Origin: Planctomycetota bacterium
GTDB lineage: Bacteria; Planctomycetota; SZUA-567; H5-PLA8
NCBI GenBank assembly: GCA_038227875.1
Contig: JBBRPR010000083.1
Coordinates: forward strand, 1 to 32,769
DNA: 32,769 bases
Direction of reading: 5' to 3'
A program made the translations under genes and the position numbers. Positions 17,881 to 27,600 of the stretch are shown piece by piece. The notes under the pieces were generated by a model, which was given only the letters and a program-made list of their open reading frames with translations, made no database searches and was not told the DNA's origin. Position 1 is the first letter of the stretch. Each line of letters opens with the position of its first letter.

Positions 17881-18621
17881 CTATTTGAAGTCGTCAAAGT
17901 CTTCTTTTGATTTTACGTTGTCGTCGTCCTCTTCCTCGTCATCGTCGTCGTCACTGTTGTGCGGAACCGGGCTCTTGGTCGCGGAGGCTTGAACGGGCTT
18001 CGTCGCTTTGCTGGAACCGGAGACCGGTCCGAGTTCGCCCAATTCATCCTGCAGGGCGTTGCGCATGGCGATGAAGTCGTCGAATTCGCGCCGTCGGAAC
18101 AAATTGTAGCCGGTCCACATCAGGTCGGCGCAGATCTCGACGGGGACTCGTCCCGTGTTGGCGCCCAAGCCCGGCAGCGCGACGGAGCGGATCGAGCCGG
18201 GTTCGGCGGCATTCTGCATGTGAATCACCTGGAACGCCGCGGCGCAGGCGAGCGCGACGTTCATCGTGTCGCTGATGTCTTCCGACGAGGTGATCATCGT
18301 CGGGGTTGAGATCAGAAAGCGCGGCTGCGGCGCTTCTGTCGGCGTGCAGATCGCATGTCCGACTGGAAGAATCCCATTATATTGGCGGTGAATGCCCTGC
18401 TGCAGCCGCGTTTCGATCTTGTCGCCGAGATGCTTCTTGATGATGCCGTCCAGCCCGCCGTCCATGCTGCCGCGCGAATTGGTCGGGGACACCCATGCGC
18501 TGACAGGCTGCGCGAGCATGGAGCCTTCGATGATCTGCACTTCCGGGTTTTCTTCAAAGGTAGAGCGCCAAGCCTTGATCATCTTCGGATTGATGTCGAC
18601 GAGCGTGACGGAAACCAGCAT
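17881..18621 (-). CDS. Macrodomain protein (ADP-ribose binding/hydrolase) with acidic tail
   Basis: VSPTNSRGSMDGGLD, LISTPTM and SVALPGLGANTG macro signatures. RBS AAAGGAGG. D/E-rich C-terminus. Confidence 0.92.
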   Translation of the reverse strand: MLVSVTLVDINPKMIKAWRSTFEENPEVQIIEGSMLAQPVSAWVSPTNSRGSMDGGLDGIIKKHLGDKIETRLQQGIHRQYNGILPVGHAICTPTEAPQPRFLISTPTMITSSEDISDTMNVALACAAAFQVIHMQNAAEPGSIRSVALPGLGANTGRVPVEICADLMWTGYNLFRRREFDDFIAMRNALQDELGELGPVSGSSKATKPVQASATKSPVPHNSDDDDDEEEDDDNVKSKEDFDDFK

Positions 18622-18639
18622 GGCGCGAATCCTCCTTTA

Positions 18640-20067
18640 TCAGCACGAAAATTCAGCAAGATACTCCATGCGCTGCCGGTCAGTGCTGTAGACGACGTAT
18701 TCGTCGTCCGCGAATTCCGACTTGGATAGAAGCTTGCTTCGCACGCCATGGCAACTGTCGTATCCCGGCGGTGGTGCTTCAAGTCCGTACGTAATCTTGT
18801 GGTATTGCTTGATCTTTCCCAGGCTCACGCGTGCGACGGTCAAAAACCGGGTGCCGCTTTTGCCGGCCGAGGTGTAGAAGGCGCTGGTACAGGCCGCATC
18901 GCCAAAATAGATCCCGTTGCCGAGCCAGCCGGCGTCCGTGCGGTTGACGCCCATGCTGACGACAATCTTGGGCAGCAGAATTCCGCGCGAAAGCAACCCG
19001 ACCCAATTCTGAATGCGCGAGCCGTGGAAGAGCAGCCGCTGATTACCGATCTTGTCGTCGAACTTCTCCCATTCGCCGCCGCGGCGCACGGTAAAGAGGT
19101 TCTTCACTTTGATGTTCTTCGATTTAATCTGGCTCTTAATGATGTGATCTTCGATCTCATGGTAGATACCCGACGACTTGGGCACCGGCGCGATATCGCA
19201 TTTCAAAGACAGGTACTGCGCATCGATCTGCTCGTTGTAGAGCACGTTTCCGGCTTCGCCGTTGACCTGGAGCATGTCTTTCATCAACTGCAGCGTTTCC
19301 TGCTTCTGCTGGAAGGCGTCCATGGTGTTGATCACGGCGCCGGCAATCGCGCTTCGTGTGCGGCCGATGCGATGCGGGATGACCGTGTAGAATTCCCCGG
19401 ACAGGTCTTCCATTTTCGACGCCTGCTGCTTGTTGGATTTGAACAGGTCGTACAGTTCGAGCAGGATGGCTTCGCCTTTTTCGATCTGACCGATGGTGAG
19501 AACGCCCAGCGGCGTCTCAATGCCGTTGGCGGTGATCTTCGCGCTGACGCTGCTGGTGAGCGCGTTGGTTGCTTCTGAGAACAGGTAACGGACAAGACTC
19601 TGGATGCTGCTGTCAAGTCCCAGCGACTTCACCGCCGGAACGGGCTCGCCCGCGGCTTCTTTGGCCTTGGCGAGTTTATCGAGCGTCTTGCTGTCCACTT
19701 CGCCGACGCTCGCCCCGCGCGCCTTTTGCGAGCCAATTTTACTCGAGGCCAGCGCCAGCTCTTTGTAACCCTTGCGCGGCGATGTTTTTTCGCGGTAGAT
19801 CGAGAGGTAGTTGCTGTCGGCTTCGACCTGATTGTCGAAGTAGCGGCATTCTTTCTGGCCGCTGTTGGGATTCGTTTCCAGGTCGTCGGTGCGGCCGTAG
19901 TGCGTGAAGACGCGGAACTTTGCGCCGCCGCGGTGCAATTCTATCGCGTAATATTTGTTGCGGTTGGTTTTGAGATCCGTGACTTGGAGCACGGCCTTTT
20001 TAACGATTTCAAAGTCGTCGGGAAATTCCGGCTCGCCGGATTCACCGTGTTTCCATGCTTCTGCCAT
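18640..20067 (-). CDS. Poly(ADP-ribose) polymerase (WGR + regulatory helical domain + catalytic domain)
   Basis: NKYYAIEL..VFTHYGR..IYREKT (WGR), PLGVLTIGQI..G / LSGEFYTVIPH (PARP_reg), and LLFHGS, GNGIYFGD, SAFY, DEYVVY (H-Y-E triad). RBS GGGGAG precedes ATG 20067. Confidence 0.95.
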   Translation of the reverse strand: MAEAWKHGESGEPEFPDDFEIVKKAVLQVTDLKTNRNKYYAIELHRGGAKFRVFTHYGRTDDLETNPNSGQKECRYFDNQVEADSNYLSIYREKTSPRKGYKELALASSKIGSQKARGASVGEVDSKTLDKLAKAKEAAGEPVPAVKSLGLDSSIQSLVRYLFSEATNALTSSVSAKITANGIETPLGVLTIGQIEKGEAILLELYDLFKSNKQQASKMEDLSGEFYTVIPHRIGRTRSAIAGAVINTMDAFQQKQETLQLMKDMLQVNGEAGNVLYNEQIDAQYLSLKCDIAPVPKSSGIYHEIEDHIIKSQIKSKNIKVKNLFTVRRGGEWEKFDDKIGNQRLLFHGSRIQNWVGLLSRGILLPKIVVSMGVNRTDAGWLGNGIYFGDAACTSAFYTSAGKSGTRFLTVARVSLGKIKQYHKITYGLEAPPPGYDSCHGVRSKLLSKSEFADDEYVVYSTDRQRMEYLAEFSC

Positions 20068-20117
20068 AAAAAGCTCCCCACGATGGCAAAATCTCAAAAT
20101 TGATGAATATCCCGCGC

Positions 20118-20145
20118 ATCGTAGTCTGATATGCACGAAGCGCAA
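20118..20145 (-). promoter_or_regulatory. Possible sigma70-type promoter for the PARP-to-RT operon
   Basis: TTGCGC-N16-TACGAT on the minus strand, preceded by an A-rich tract, in the 108-nt gap between the ARH and PARP genes. Confidence 0.4.
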
Positions 20146-20175
20146 GATTTACTTTTTCATTTTGCAGAAGCTTAA

Positions 20176-21165
20176 CTACATCTCGAATAAAAATTCGCCG
20201 CGCGGTGCCACATATTTACTCTCTTGAGTCGCGGGCTTCTGAGGTTCTTGCGCGAACGCAAAGAGCTTCTGGGAGAAATCGGTAATCAGATCCGCCATCA
20301 CTACGTTCTTTCGCCAGCTTTCGGGAATAGCGTCGACTCCGTAAAAGGCGCCGGCCAGACTTCCGTACACGGCGCCGGTCGAGTCGGAATCGTCGCCCAG
20401 ATTGACGACCGCGATGGCACCGTCCTCAAACGAATCCGTGGTGTGAAAGGCCCAGAGCACCGCCTCCAGCGTGTTGACGCAGTAGCCGCCGCCATTGATC
20501 GCTGGAGGTTGCTTCTCCTTGAACGAGCCATTGGCGATCGCGTGAATTTTTGGATGCAACGCATCCGGATTCCAACCGCCGAGCGGCGAGTAGCAGGCGC
20601 TGAGCAATTCGTCTTTCGACTTGCCCTGAAGTGCACCGACGATCAATCCCCCAAAATAGTGGCAGGCATGGGTCGCCTCAATGGCGCCGTGCGTGGTCTC
20701 GCTGCTTTCCCCGGACAACTGAAGACACTTCTCGACGTCGTTGGCGTAAGCGAGAGGCACGGGTGCGAGCCGCATCAGCGAGCCGTTGCCGCCGCCATTT
20801 CCCGTGGCCCGCAGATCGCCGTTCGCTCTGAAATCCCCCAGTGCGCGAGCCGTGCCGACGCCAATGTCGAAACAATGTCCGGTGGACGAAAGATGGCCTT
20901 CCTTCCACCAGCGGCAGTAGCGTTCGAGCTGATCTTTGGGATCGAACCCGCGCTGCTCGATCAGGCTTTCCGCGAGACACAAGGCCATGCTTGTGTCGTC
21001 CGTCCAATAACCGGCGTCAAGGTTGTAGGTGCCGTGAGCTCTAAAACCATCGCCGCGCTTGAACGGCGGAAAACTTCCCGGGCTCTTGAATTCACACCAA
21101 GCGCCCAGCGCGTCACAGCAGGCGAGCCCCAACAGGCTCCCGAGGTAGCGTTGTAACGTTTCCAT
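20176..21165 (-). CDS. ADP-ribosylglycohydrolase (ARH/DraG family)
   Basis: GLA..DALG, WTDDTSM, DIG, GNGSLMRLAP, TTH and NLGDDSDSTGAVYG.LAGA.YG motifs. Confidence 0.95.
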   Translation of the reverse strand: METLQRYLGSLLGLACCDALGAWCEFKSPGSFPPFKRGDGFRAHGTYNLDAGYWTDDTSMALCLAESLIEQRGFDPKDQLERYCRWWKEGHLSSTGHCFDIGVGTARALGDFRANGDLRATGNGGGNGSLMRLAPVPLAYANDVEKCLQLSGESSETTHGAIEATHACHYFGGLIVGALQGKSKDELLSACYSPLGGWNPDALHPKIHAIANGSFKEKQPPAINGGGYCVNTLEAVLWAFHTTDSFEDGAIAVVNLGDDSDSTGAVYGSLAGAFYGVDAIPESWRKNVVMADLITDFSQKLFAFAQEPQKPATQESKYVAPRGEFLFEM

Positions 21166-21698
21166 GCCGCGACATGGTACTTCCAACCCGTAGTTCAGCA
21201 ACCTAGGGTTGAACCTTGTAGCAGCATGTACTTGCTACCTAAAAAGTCACCATGACGCTGCGGCAAATCCGAAGCCGCGCGGGCCGCAAGTTGCCAGCGT
21301 CGCCTGGCCGCTGACTATCGTCCGTGCGTTTTCAAAATGGCACGTGTCCCAGTTTCCAGCACACCGTCACTGAAGCGGCGCACCATGTCTTGCATGTGTC
21401 GCGGGCATTCCGTGAAGTTCTTAAAGCCGAGCATGCGCGCAGCGCCGTCCAGATCGCGTTGCGCTGAGTTTGGCGCACTCGATTCGGTGTTTTAGCCCGT
21501 GGCCGTGTGCGCCCCGTCTGTCGCGACGGCGTGCGCGCAGCGTGCTGGATCAGACCGTAAACGACGCCCGCGAATGAAAAAACGAAATATCGAACGGCGC
21601 GCCATTAAGTCGCTCGATGATCTCGACACCGAATGGCGCGCCTGGCCGGAAACGCGCGGGTTGGTCGACAAGCCTGCGAAGTGATGCGTCGGGGGAAT

Positions 21699-24269
21699 TC
21701 AAGACTGCGCCGGTTGAATCCGCGCAATGAAGGCCTCGAGCGCCGGTTGCGAATGTGTCAGTCCATAACGCGTGTCGCGAGCGGCCAGTGCCTGCTTTAA
21801 GGCTTTGGCGCGCTCACCGTTTTCATTCAACCAGATCGCCAACCACAGACGCCATTCGGGACGCCAGGAAAAAGCGGGCCAGCGAATCGAACTGACGGAC
21901 TTCTTGCCGAGAAAGACTTCGGCCAAATCCAGTTCGGTTCCGGTCAGGAGCTCAACGCTCGCGCGCGTGAGCTTCTGAACAGTCGGAGTTTTCAGTCGAT
22001 GGAGTGAAGACAGCAGGATCTGCAGCACGAGCGATTCCGTGAACGGAATATCGGAACGCGGCAGCGCCAGCGATTCGAGATGCGACGCGGCGCGATCCAG
22101 GTCGCCGTTTTCCAGATGCCAACGCGCCTGCAACATGGAAATGGTGTCAGCGTACACGTCGATGCCCGTGGCAGTCGCTCGCTTCAAGCTCTGCGCCACC
22201 CACGCCGAGAACAAATCGTCCTGGCGGGATTCCACGAACGAAGCGCCGACCCAGAAGAATTCCGTAACGAAGATGGTCTTTGAAAACAGAGCGTCCGGAT
22301 CGGCCAGCAGCGCTTCGCCATAGTTTGCTGTACCTGTCGACAAGGCCACGTGCATGGCGATCAGGTTGCCGAGAATGCCGATGGAGCGGCTTTCTCCAGC
22401 ATCAAAACGATTCAAGAATTCGCGCTGCATCCCGGCGCGGATCGCGCAATGAGCTACGGGCGGTGAGTTCCAATTCATCCAATCCAGTGGAATCCAATGC
22501 TCTCGCGAAAAAAAGTTGCCGGTCAACAGATCGTCGCGTCCAGCGGCAAGAGCAGTGCTGAGGTAGGACGATTCAAATCCGGGGACGCGGGTTTGAGCGG
22601 GATGCATTTTTGCGCGCATTCCACGCGCGTGCTCCAACGCCTTTTTCCACTGCGCCAGTCTCAACAGAAAGCGGATGTGTTGAATGTGGCTTTTGATCTG
22701 GCTGCCCGCGGGAGGCGTCGCGGCGCCGGCGGCGAGTCGTTGAATCTCCGCGCGGATTTCCAGATCCTGGGTGCGCGTGGCCTCGTACAGGTGTTTGACG
22801 CGGCGGTAGTGGTTGGCGGCATCGGCAATCCGGGCCCGCGCCTGACTGCGGGGAAAGCGCTGCTGCAAGGTTTGCAGTAACCTTAAACCCTTGCGCGGCT
22901 GATCCTCGGGCGTTCCCCGCAAATCCATCAGTGCTTCCTCGGCAATCGCGTACGGTTCCAGTTCGGCTCCCGCCAGGGAATGAAAAGCCTTCACCGCCGC
23001 GGCTCGGTTTTGCAGACAGACATGACAGATGCCGATCTTCAGCCGCGCTTCCAGTCCGCTGGAGCTGCCCGGACTTTTGGCCACAATCTGCTTGTAGCCT
23101 TCAATGGCCTCGGCGTAATGCCCGTACTGGAACAGGCGATCGGCGGCACGCAACGGCGGTGCGTTCAACGGCCAGTTTTGAATATGAATTTCAACCGGGC
23201 GCAAGCGGGTCTCGCGCCCCCATCCGTACAATCCCACCCGGTTCCCCGGAAATGCAGCCAGCTCGCGAAACGCGAAGACCCGCTTGCCGTCGATGCTGCA
23301 CAGCACGACGCCTTTGTCGTCCTGATATTCCAACTCCAGCAGGTAACGCTTGCCCGGCCGGAGCTCCGGGCCGCTTTGGACGAGCACGTCTGACAATCCC
23401 CGCGCGAATTTTGTACAGGAATTGAATTCAGCCCCCAGTTGAAAGAAGTACCCGGAGTACAGTGAGTAGTTTTTGAATTCCGGAGAAACGCGGTGACCGA
23501 TGATGCTGAGCTCTCCGGCTTGCGTCTCGACCCAACCTTCGCAAATCAGGCGGAAGGATGCCGGCACATCCGTTTTCCAGACCAGGATATTCTCGCGATG
23601 AAGCGAGCGGAACGCGCCGTCCTGTAGTTCCCACTCTCCCGTCTCAGTCTCCCATTCCGACTGGCTGAGTGGATGCTCCGCGTCAAACCGCACGAGCGTC
23701 CAATCCGACTGCGCATCGGTGAAGAGGCCTTGGGTGCCGCCGGGCGGTGCGGACACAAATCCCGCGGTCTGCAACGATGCGCGCAAGTGGGTTAACAGAA
23801 GTTCCAGGCGTCGGGAAAGGGTTGGCACGGGAATGCCCAGAACCGCGCTCGCCAGCTTTTGTGACAGTCCTTGTTCGCAGCAGAGGCTGACGATCTCGCG
23901 ATCCTCGGCCGGAAGCACCAGGAGCGCATGGCGGGCAGCCTGGGTGGCCTCGGCGGCGATCGAGGATTCATCGGCCGATCCCGAAAGGGAATACGCGGAG
24001 GCGACGCGCTTTTCGCGCTGCCGGCGGCTTCGCGACGACTTCGACATCTTGATGGCGATGCCACGGACGATCTTGAAGAAATAGACCACGAGCTGGTTGC
24101 GCGAAAGGGTCAGCGGCGCGCGCTGCAGTAAGTGCGCGTAGGCCTCCTGCACCGCTTCTTCTGCGACGGCTGGCTCATTGGTGGCGCGCAGGGCGAGCAG
24201 ATAGCCGCGGTTACTCTGATCCAAAAGTCCCACGACCTGTTTACGCCAGTGGTCATCAGAGACTTCCAT
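21699..24269 (-). CDS. ECF (sigma70-family) sigma factor fused to a lectin/ConA-like domain and TPR repeats
   Basis: Region 2 AEEAVQEAY and region 4 LP.EDREIVSL...GLSQ..A..LGIP.PTLSRRL. Then a beta-rich G.WELQDG / SIDGKRV / VGLY domain and TPR-like helices. Confidence 0.85.
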   Translation of the reverse strand: MEVSDDHWRKQVVGLLDQSNRGYLLALRATNEPAVAEEAVQEAYAHLLQRAPLTLSRNQLVVYFFKIVRGIAIKMSKSSRSRRQREKRVASAYSLSGSADESSIAAEATQAARHALLVLPAEDREIVSLCCEQGLSQKLASAVLGIPVPTLSRRLELLLTHLRASLQTAGFVSAPPGGTQGLFTDAQSDWTLVRFDAEHPLSQSEWETETGEWELQDGAFRSLHRENILVWKTDVPASFRLICEGWVETQAGELSIIGHRVSPEFKNYSLYSGYFFQLGAEFNSCTKFARGLSDVLVQSGPELRPGKRYLLELEYQDDKGVVLCSIDGKRVFAFRELAAFPGNRVGLYGWGRETRLRPVEIHIQNWPLNAPPLRAADRLFQYGHYAEAIEGYKQIVAKSPGSSSGLEARLKIGICHVCLQNRAAAVKAFHSLAGAELEPYAIAEEALMDLRGTPEDQPRKGLRLLQTLQQRFPRSQARARIADAANHYRRVKHLYEATRTQDLEIRAEIQRLAAGAATPPAGSQIKSHIQHIRFLLRLAQWKKALEHARGMRAKMHPAQTRVPGFESSYLSTALAAGRDDLLTGNFFSREHWIPLDWMNWNSPPVAHCAIRAGMQREFLNRFDAGESRSIGILGNLIAMHVALSTGTANYGEALLADPDALFSKTIFVTEFFWVGASFVESRQDDLFSAWVAQSLKRATATGIDVYADTISMLQARWHLENGDLDRAASHLESLALPRSDIPFTESLVLQILLSSLHRLKTPTVQKLTRASVELLTGTELDLAEVFLGKKSVSSIRWPAFSWRPEWRLWLAIWLNENGERAKALKQALAARDTRYGLTHSQPALEAFIARIQPAQS

Positions 24270-24415
24270 ATGGAGCTAGACCCTTCGTTTTTGCGATCTA
24301 AACCCATGGTACGCAGCCAATTGAAAATATTCAGAAGAAAAAATCACGGTCCGTGAGAATTTTCGCGCCGTGCTGGCACCCTTGTATGAGCAACCGCGGC
24401 AAAGGAGGAAAATTT

Positions 24416-24604
24416 ATGCTGACTCCGGGATTTGTAGTGAATCAGGCCAACGACATGGGGGTGTGGATCATCGTCGCGATGGTGGTGATGGTATTCATTA
24501 CGACGGTCATCATCGGCGGACTGAAGTGGCAACCGCCTCTCCGCACTCAATTGGGAAAAATGCGACACAAGGCCTCTCGCCCTCGAGTCATGTTTCGATC
24601 GTAA
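24416..24604 (+). CDS. Small single-pass membrane protein (62 aa)
   Basis: Strong RBS AAAGGAGG, one hydrophobic helix (VWIIVAMVVMVFITTVIIGGL), and a basic C-terminal tail. Confidence 0.65.
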   Translation: MLTPGFVVNQANDMGVWIIVAMVVMVFITTVIIGGLKWQPPLRTQLGKMRHKASRPRVMFRS

Positions 24605-24663
24605 GACATCTTGTGATTCTAATTCCTTCTCCATGAACCCACTAGAAAAAGGGCGCGAAGACA

Positions 24664-27600
24664 ATGCTGACGTCGAAATTCCGTTTGGACATAAACGCGT
24701 TACTGCTGCTGCTGTTGACGGTCTGCTGGCAGCTGCCGGTTTCCGCTTCGGCGTTGAGCGTGACGGTGACGCCCTCCGCTCCCAGCGTTCCGCGTTACGA
24801 TGTTTACGAACTGACGCTGGGGCACACGGCCAATTACACCTATCCGAACGATGACGTGACCATCGCGGCGAGCTTTACCGCACCCTCGGGAAAGACGTTT
24901 TCCGTGGGTGGATTTTTCTATGACGTGAATGCGTGGAAGGTGCGCTTCGCACCCAACGAGACGGGCACTTGGAGTTGGTCCTTAAATTTTACGGCGCCCG
25001 ACGGGAGCTTCGCGTCGACGGGAAATTTTTCATGCGCGGCCTCCGCCCGCTCTGGCTTTGTGCGGCTTCATCCCACCAGTTCGTATCGCCTGATCACGGA
25101 AGACACGGGAAAAGCGTTTTTTCCCATCGGCATTCAGCAAGGTTATGAAGGTCTGCCGAACAATCCGAGCGTGGGCGGCCTGAGCTGGTTTCTTCCCCCC
25201 ACCGGCAATCCCGGCAGCACGAATAATTCCGTCTATCCCGTGAGCAGCGACACGTATTTTGCTCCGTTTGCGCAGGCCGGCTTCAACCTCTATCGCGACA
25301 ATGGTGAATCACAGAACGTGCTCCTGGATTTCAATACATCCGCCAGCGGCAAGAATCAGTATGACATACAGCGGAGCAAGAACACCGATCTGTTGTGCAG
25401 CGATTCGCATCGCCACCAGCTCAAATTGATGCTCTGTTTTTCAGCCAACCCGCATTTTTATGTGGGCGATACCTGGGATCTTTCCAATCCAGCGGTAAAG
25501 CAGGCCTGGCTGCGCCATCACCAATATTGCATTAACCGCTACGGTGCCTATGTGGATATCTGGGAGCTGGCGAACGAATGGGGCCAGCGCGGCGAACCCA
25601 CACAGGCGTATTACGACACGGTGACGCAGTACGTACACAACAACGATCCGTACCAGCATTTGATCACGATCAGTTATCAGCCCACCCATCCGCAACCCCT
25701 GATCGACATCGGTGGACCGCATTATTACATCGGCTCCTCAAATCTGGATCTCGATGATCAGATCGTCAATGGAACTTATGGACTCGTGCACAACACATTC
25801 CTCAACAAGCCCATCATCATCAGCGAGGTCGGCAACAACGCGCCGATTGGCGACAATGATATGCCTCTGGAGGAACGCTATCGAATATTCCTGTGGACGT
25901 CGTTCTTCAACCGTGCCGCGATCATTCCCTGGGACGGTTACAACGGTAGCGGCCAATCCGGTACCGGCGTGGCCAACCTTTATGTCGGTTCGACGCAGCG
26001 CGGGCACGCCTCGAAATTCAGCGCGTATGTATCGGATTTCGACCCCAATGCGATTCCGGTAAGCGTCACGATGAGTCCAGCCAACGCCATGCGCGGATAT
26101 GTGCTCGGTAGCAATCAATGTGTCGGCGGCTGGTTCACCCACACGACCAGTCACAGCACCACTCTTTCCGGAGCGACGGTGACGCTCAACATCCCCGCCG
26201 CGGGAATGGCGGGTCAATGGATCGATCCTGCATCCGGAAATGTGCTCCAATCTTTCAGCCCGGCGAGTGGAACACAGACGTTGAACGTACCCGCCTTCGC
26301 TTCCGACATTGCCTTGAAGATCCTGGGCGGTGGCGGACCGCTTGCGCCATCCATTACAACACAGCCGCAAAATCAAACCGTCGCCGCCGGTCAGACTGCC
26401 ACATTCACCGTCGCAGCGTCAGGCACCGGGCCACTCGCTTTCCAATGGAAGAAGAACGGCAGCCCGATTGGCGGCGCGACCAGCGCGTCGTATACAACTC
26501 CGGCGACCACGACCACGGATAGTGGAGCCGCATTTTTGTGCGTCGTCACCAACGCCGTGGGCAGCGCATCCAGTAATGCAGCGCTCCTCACCGTGAATGC
26601 GACGGCCGTTGCGCCCAGCGTTACGACTCAACCGGTGAATCAAACTGTTGCGGCTGGTCAGACCGCGACGTTCAGCATTGTTGCTGCGGGAACTGCGCCG
26701 TTGACCTATCAGTGGAAGAAGAACGGCAGCGCGATTGCCGGCGCGACCAGTGCCTCGTATACGACTCCAGCGACGACGACGGCGGATAGCGGAGCCGCAT
26801 TTCTGTGCGTCGTCAGCAATGCTGTTGGCAGTGCCACCAGCATTGCTGCGATCCTCACGGTCCTCGACCCGGGGCCATCCATTACGTCTCCCGCCTCCGC
26901 CGTCCCCAACCCCGCGACGGTGGGACAATCCGTCGCGTTTACGGTTGCGGCCAATGATCCTGATGGAGATACGCTGTTGTATCGTTGGAGCTTCGGCGAC
27001 GGGTCCACAGGCTCGGGAAATTCGATATCGCATGCGTACAGCGCTGCGGGAGTGTTCGCCGCATCAGTCACAGTCGACGATGGCAAAGGCACGACTGTTG
27101 TCAGCAACGTGAACGTCTCCGTTACGACCGCCACAACTTCATCGGCGTTGAAAATCAATTTTCAACCCGCCTCCGCGATTGTGCCCGCAGGCTATCTTGC
27201 GGATTCCGGAGCGGTCTACGCTGCTCGAGGCAATGGGCAGAGCTACGGATGGGACATCGATCTCTCCGCGCAAACATCGAAGCGCAATCTCAATTCCGAT
27301 CCACGTCTGGACACCGCGGTTTTTACTTGGAATACGACCCGCAGTTGGAGCTGCGCGCTGGCCAACGGTAATTACCTCGTCACTCTCGCCAGCGGCGATG
27401 CCCAATGGTATCACGGCCAGAACTGGGTGGAATTGCAGGGCGCTGTGGTCATTAACAATGTGGCATCGGCGCCAAATCAATTCCTCGTACTCAGCAATGT
27501 TCCGGTAACCGTTTCGAATGGAAAGTTGACGGTCCGCATCGGCAATGGCTCCTGGGAAACGGCACTGAATTATGTCGATATCACGCCGGTCTCTGGCGGC

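Noticed and set aside
20068..20145. N-terminal extension of the PARP ORF
   Set aside because: An RBS precedes ATG 20067, and the extension covers a promoter-like intergenic region.
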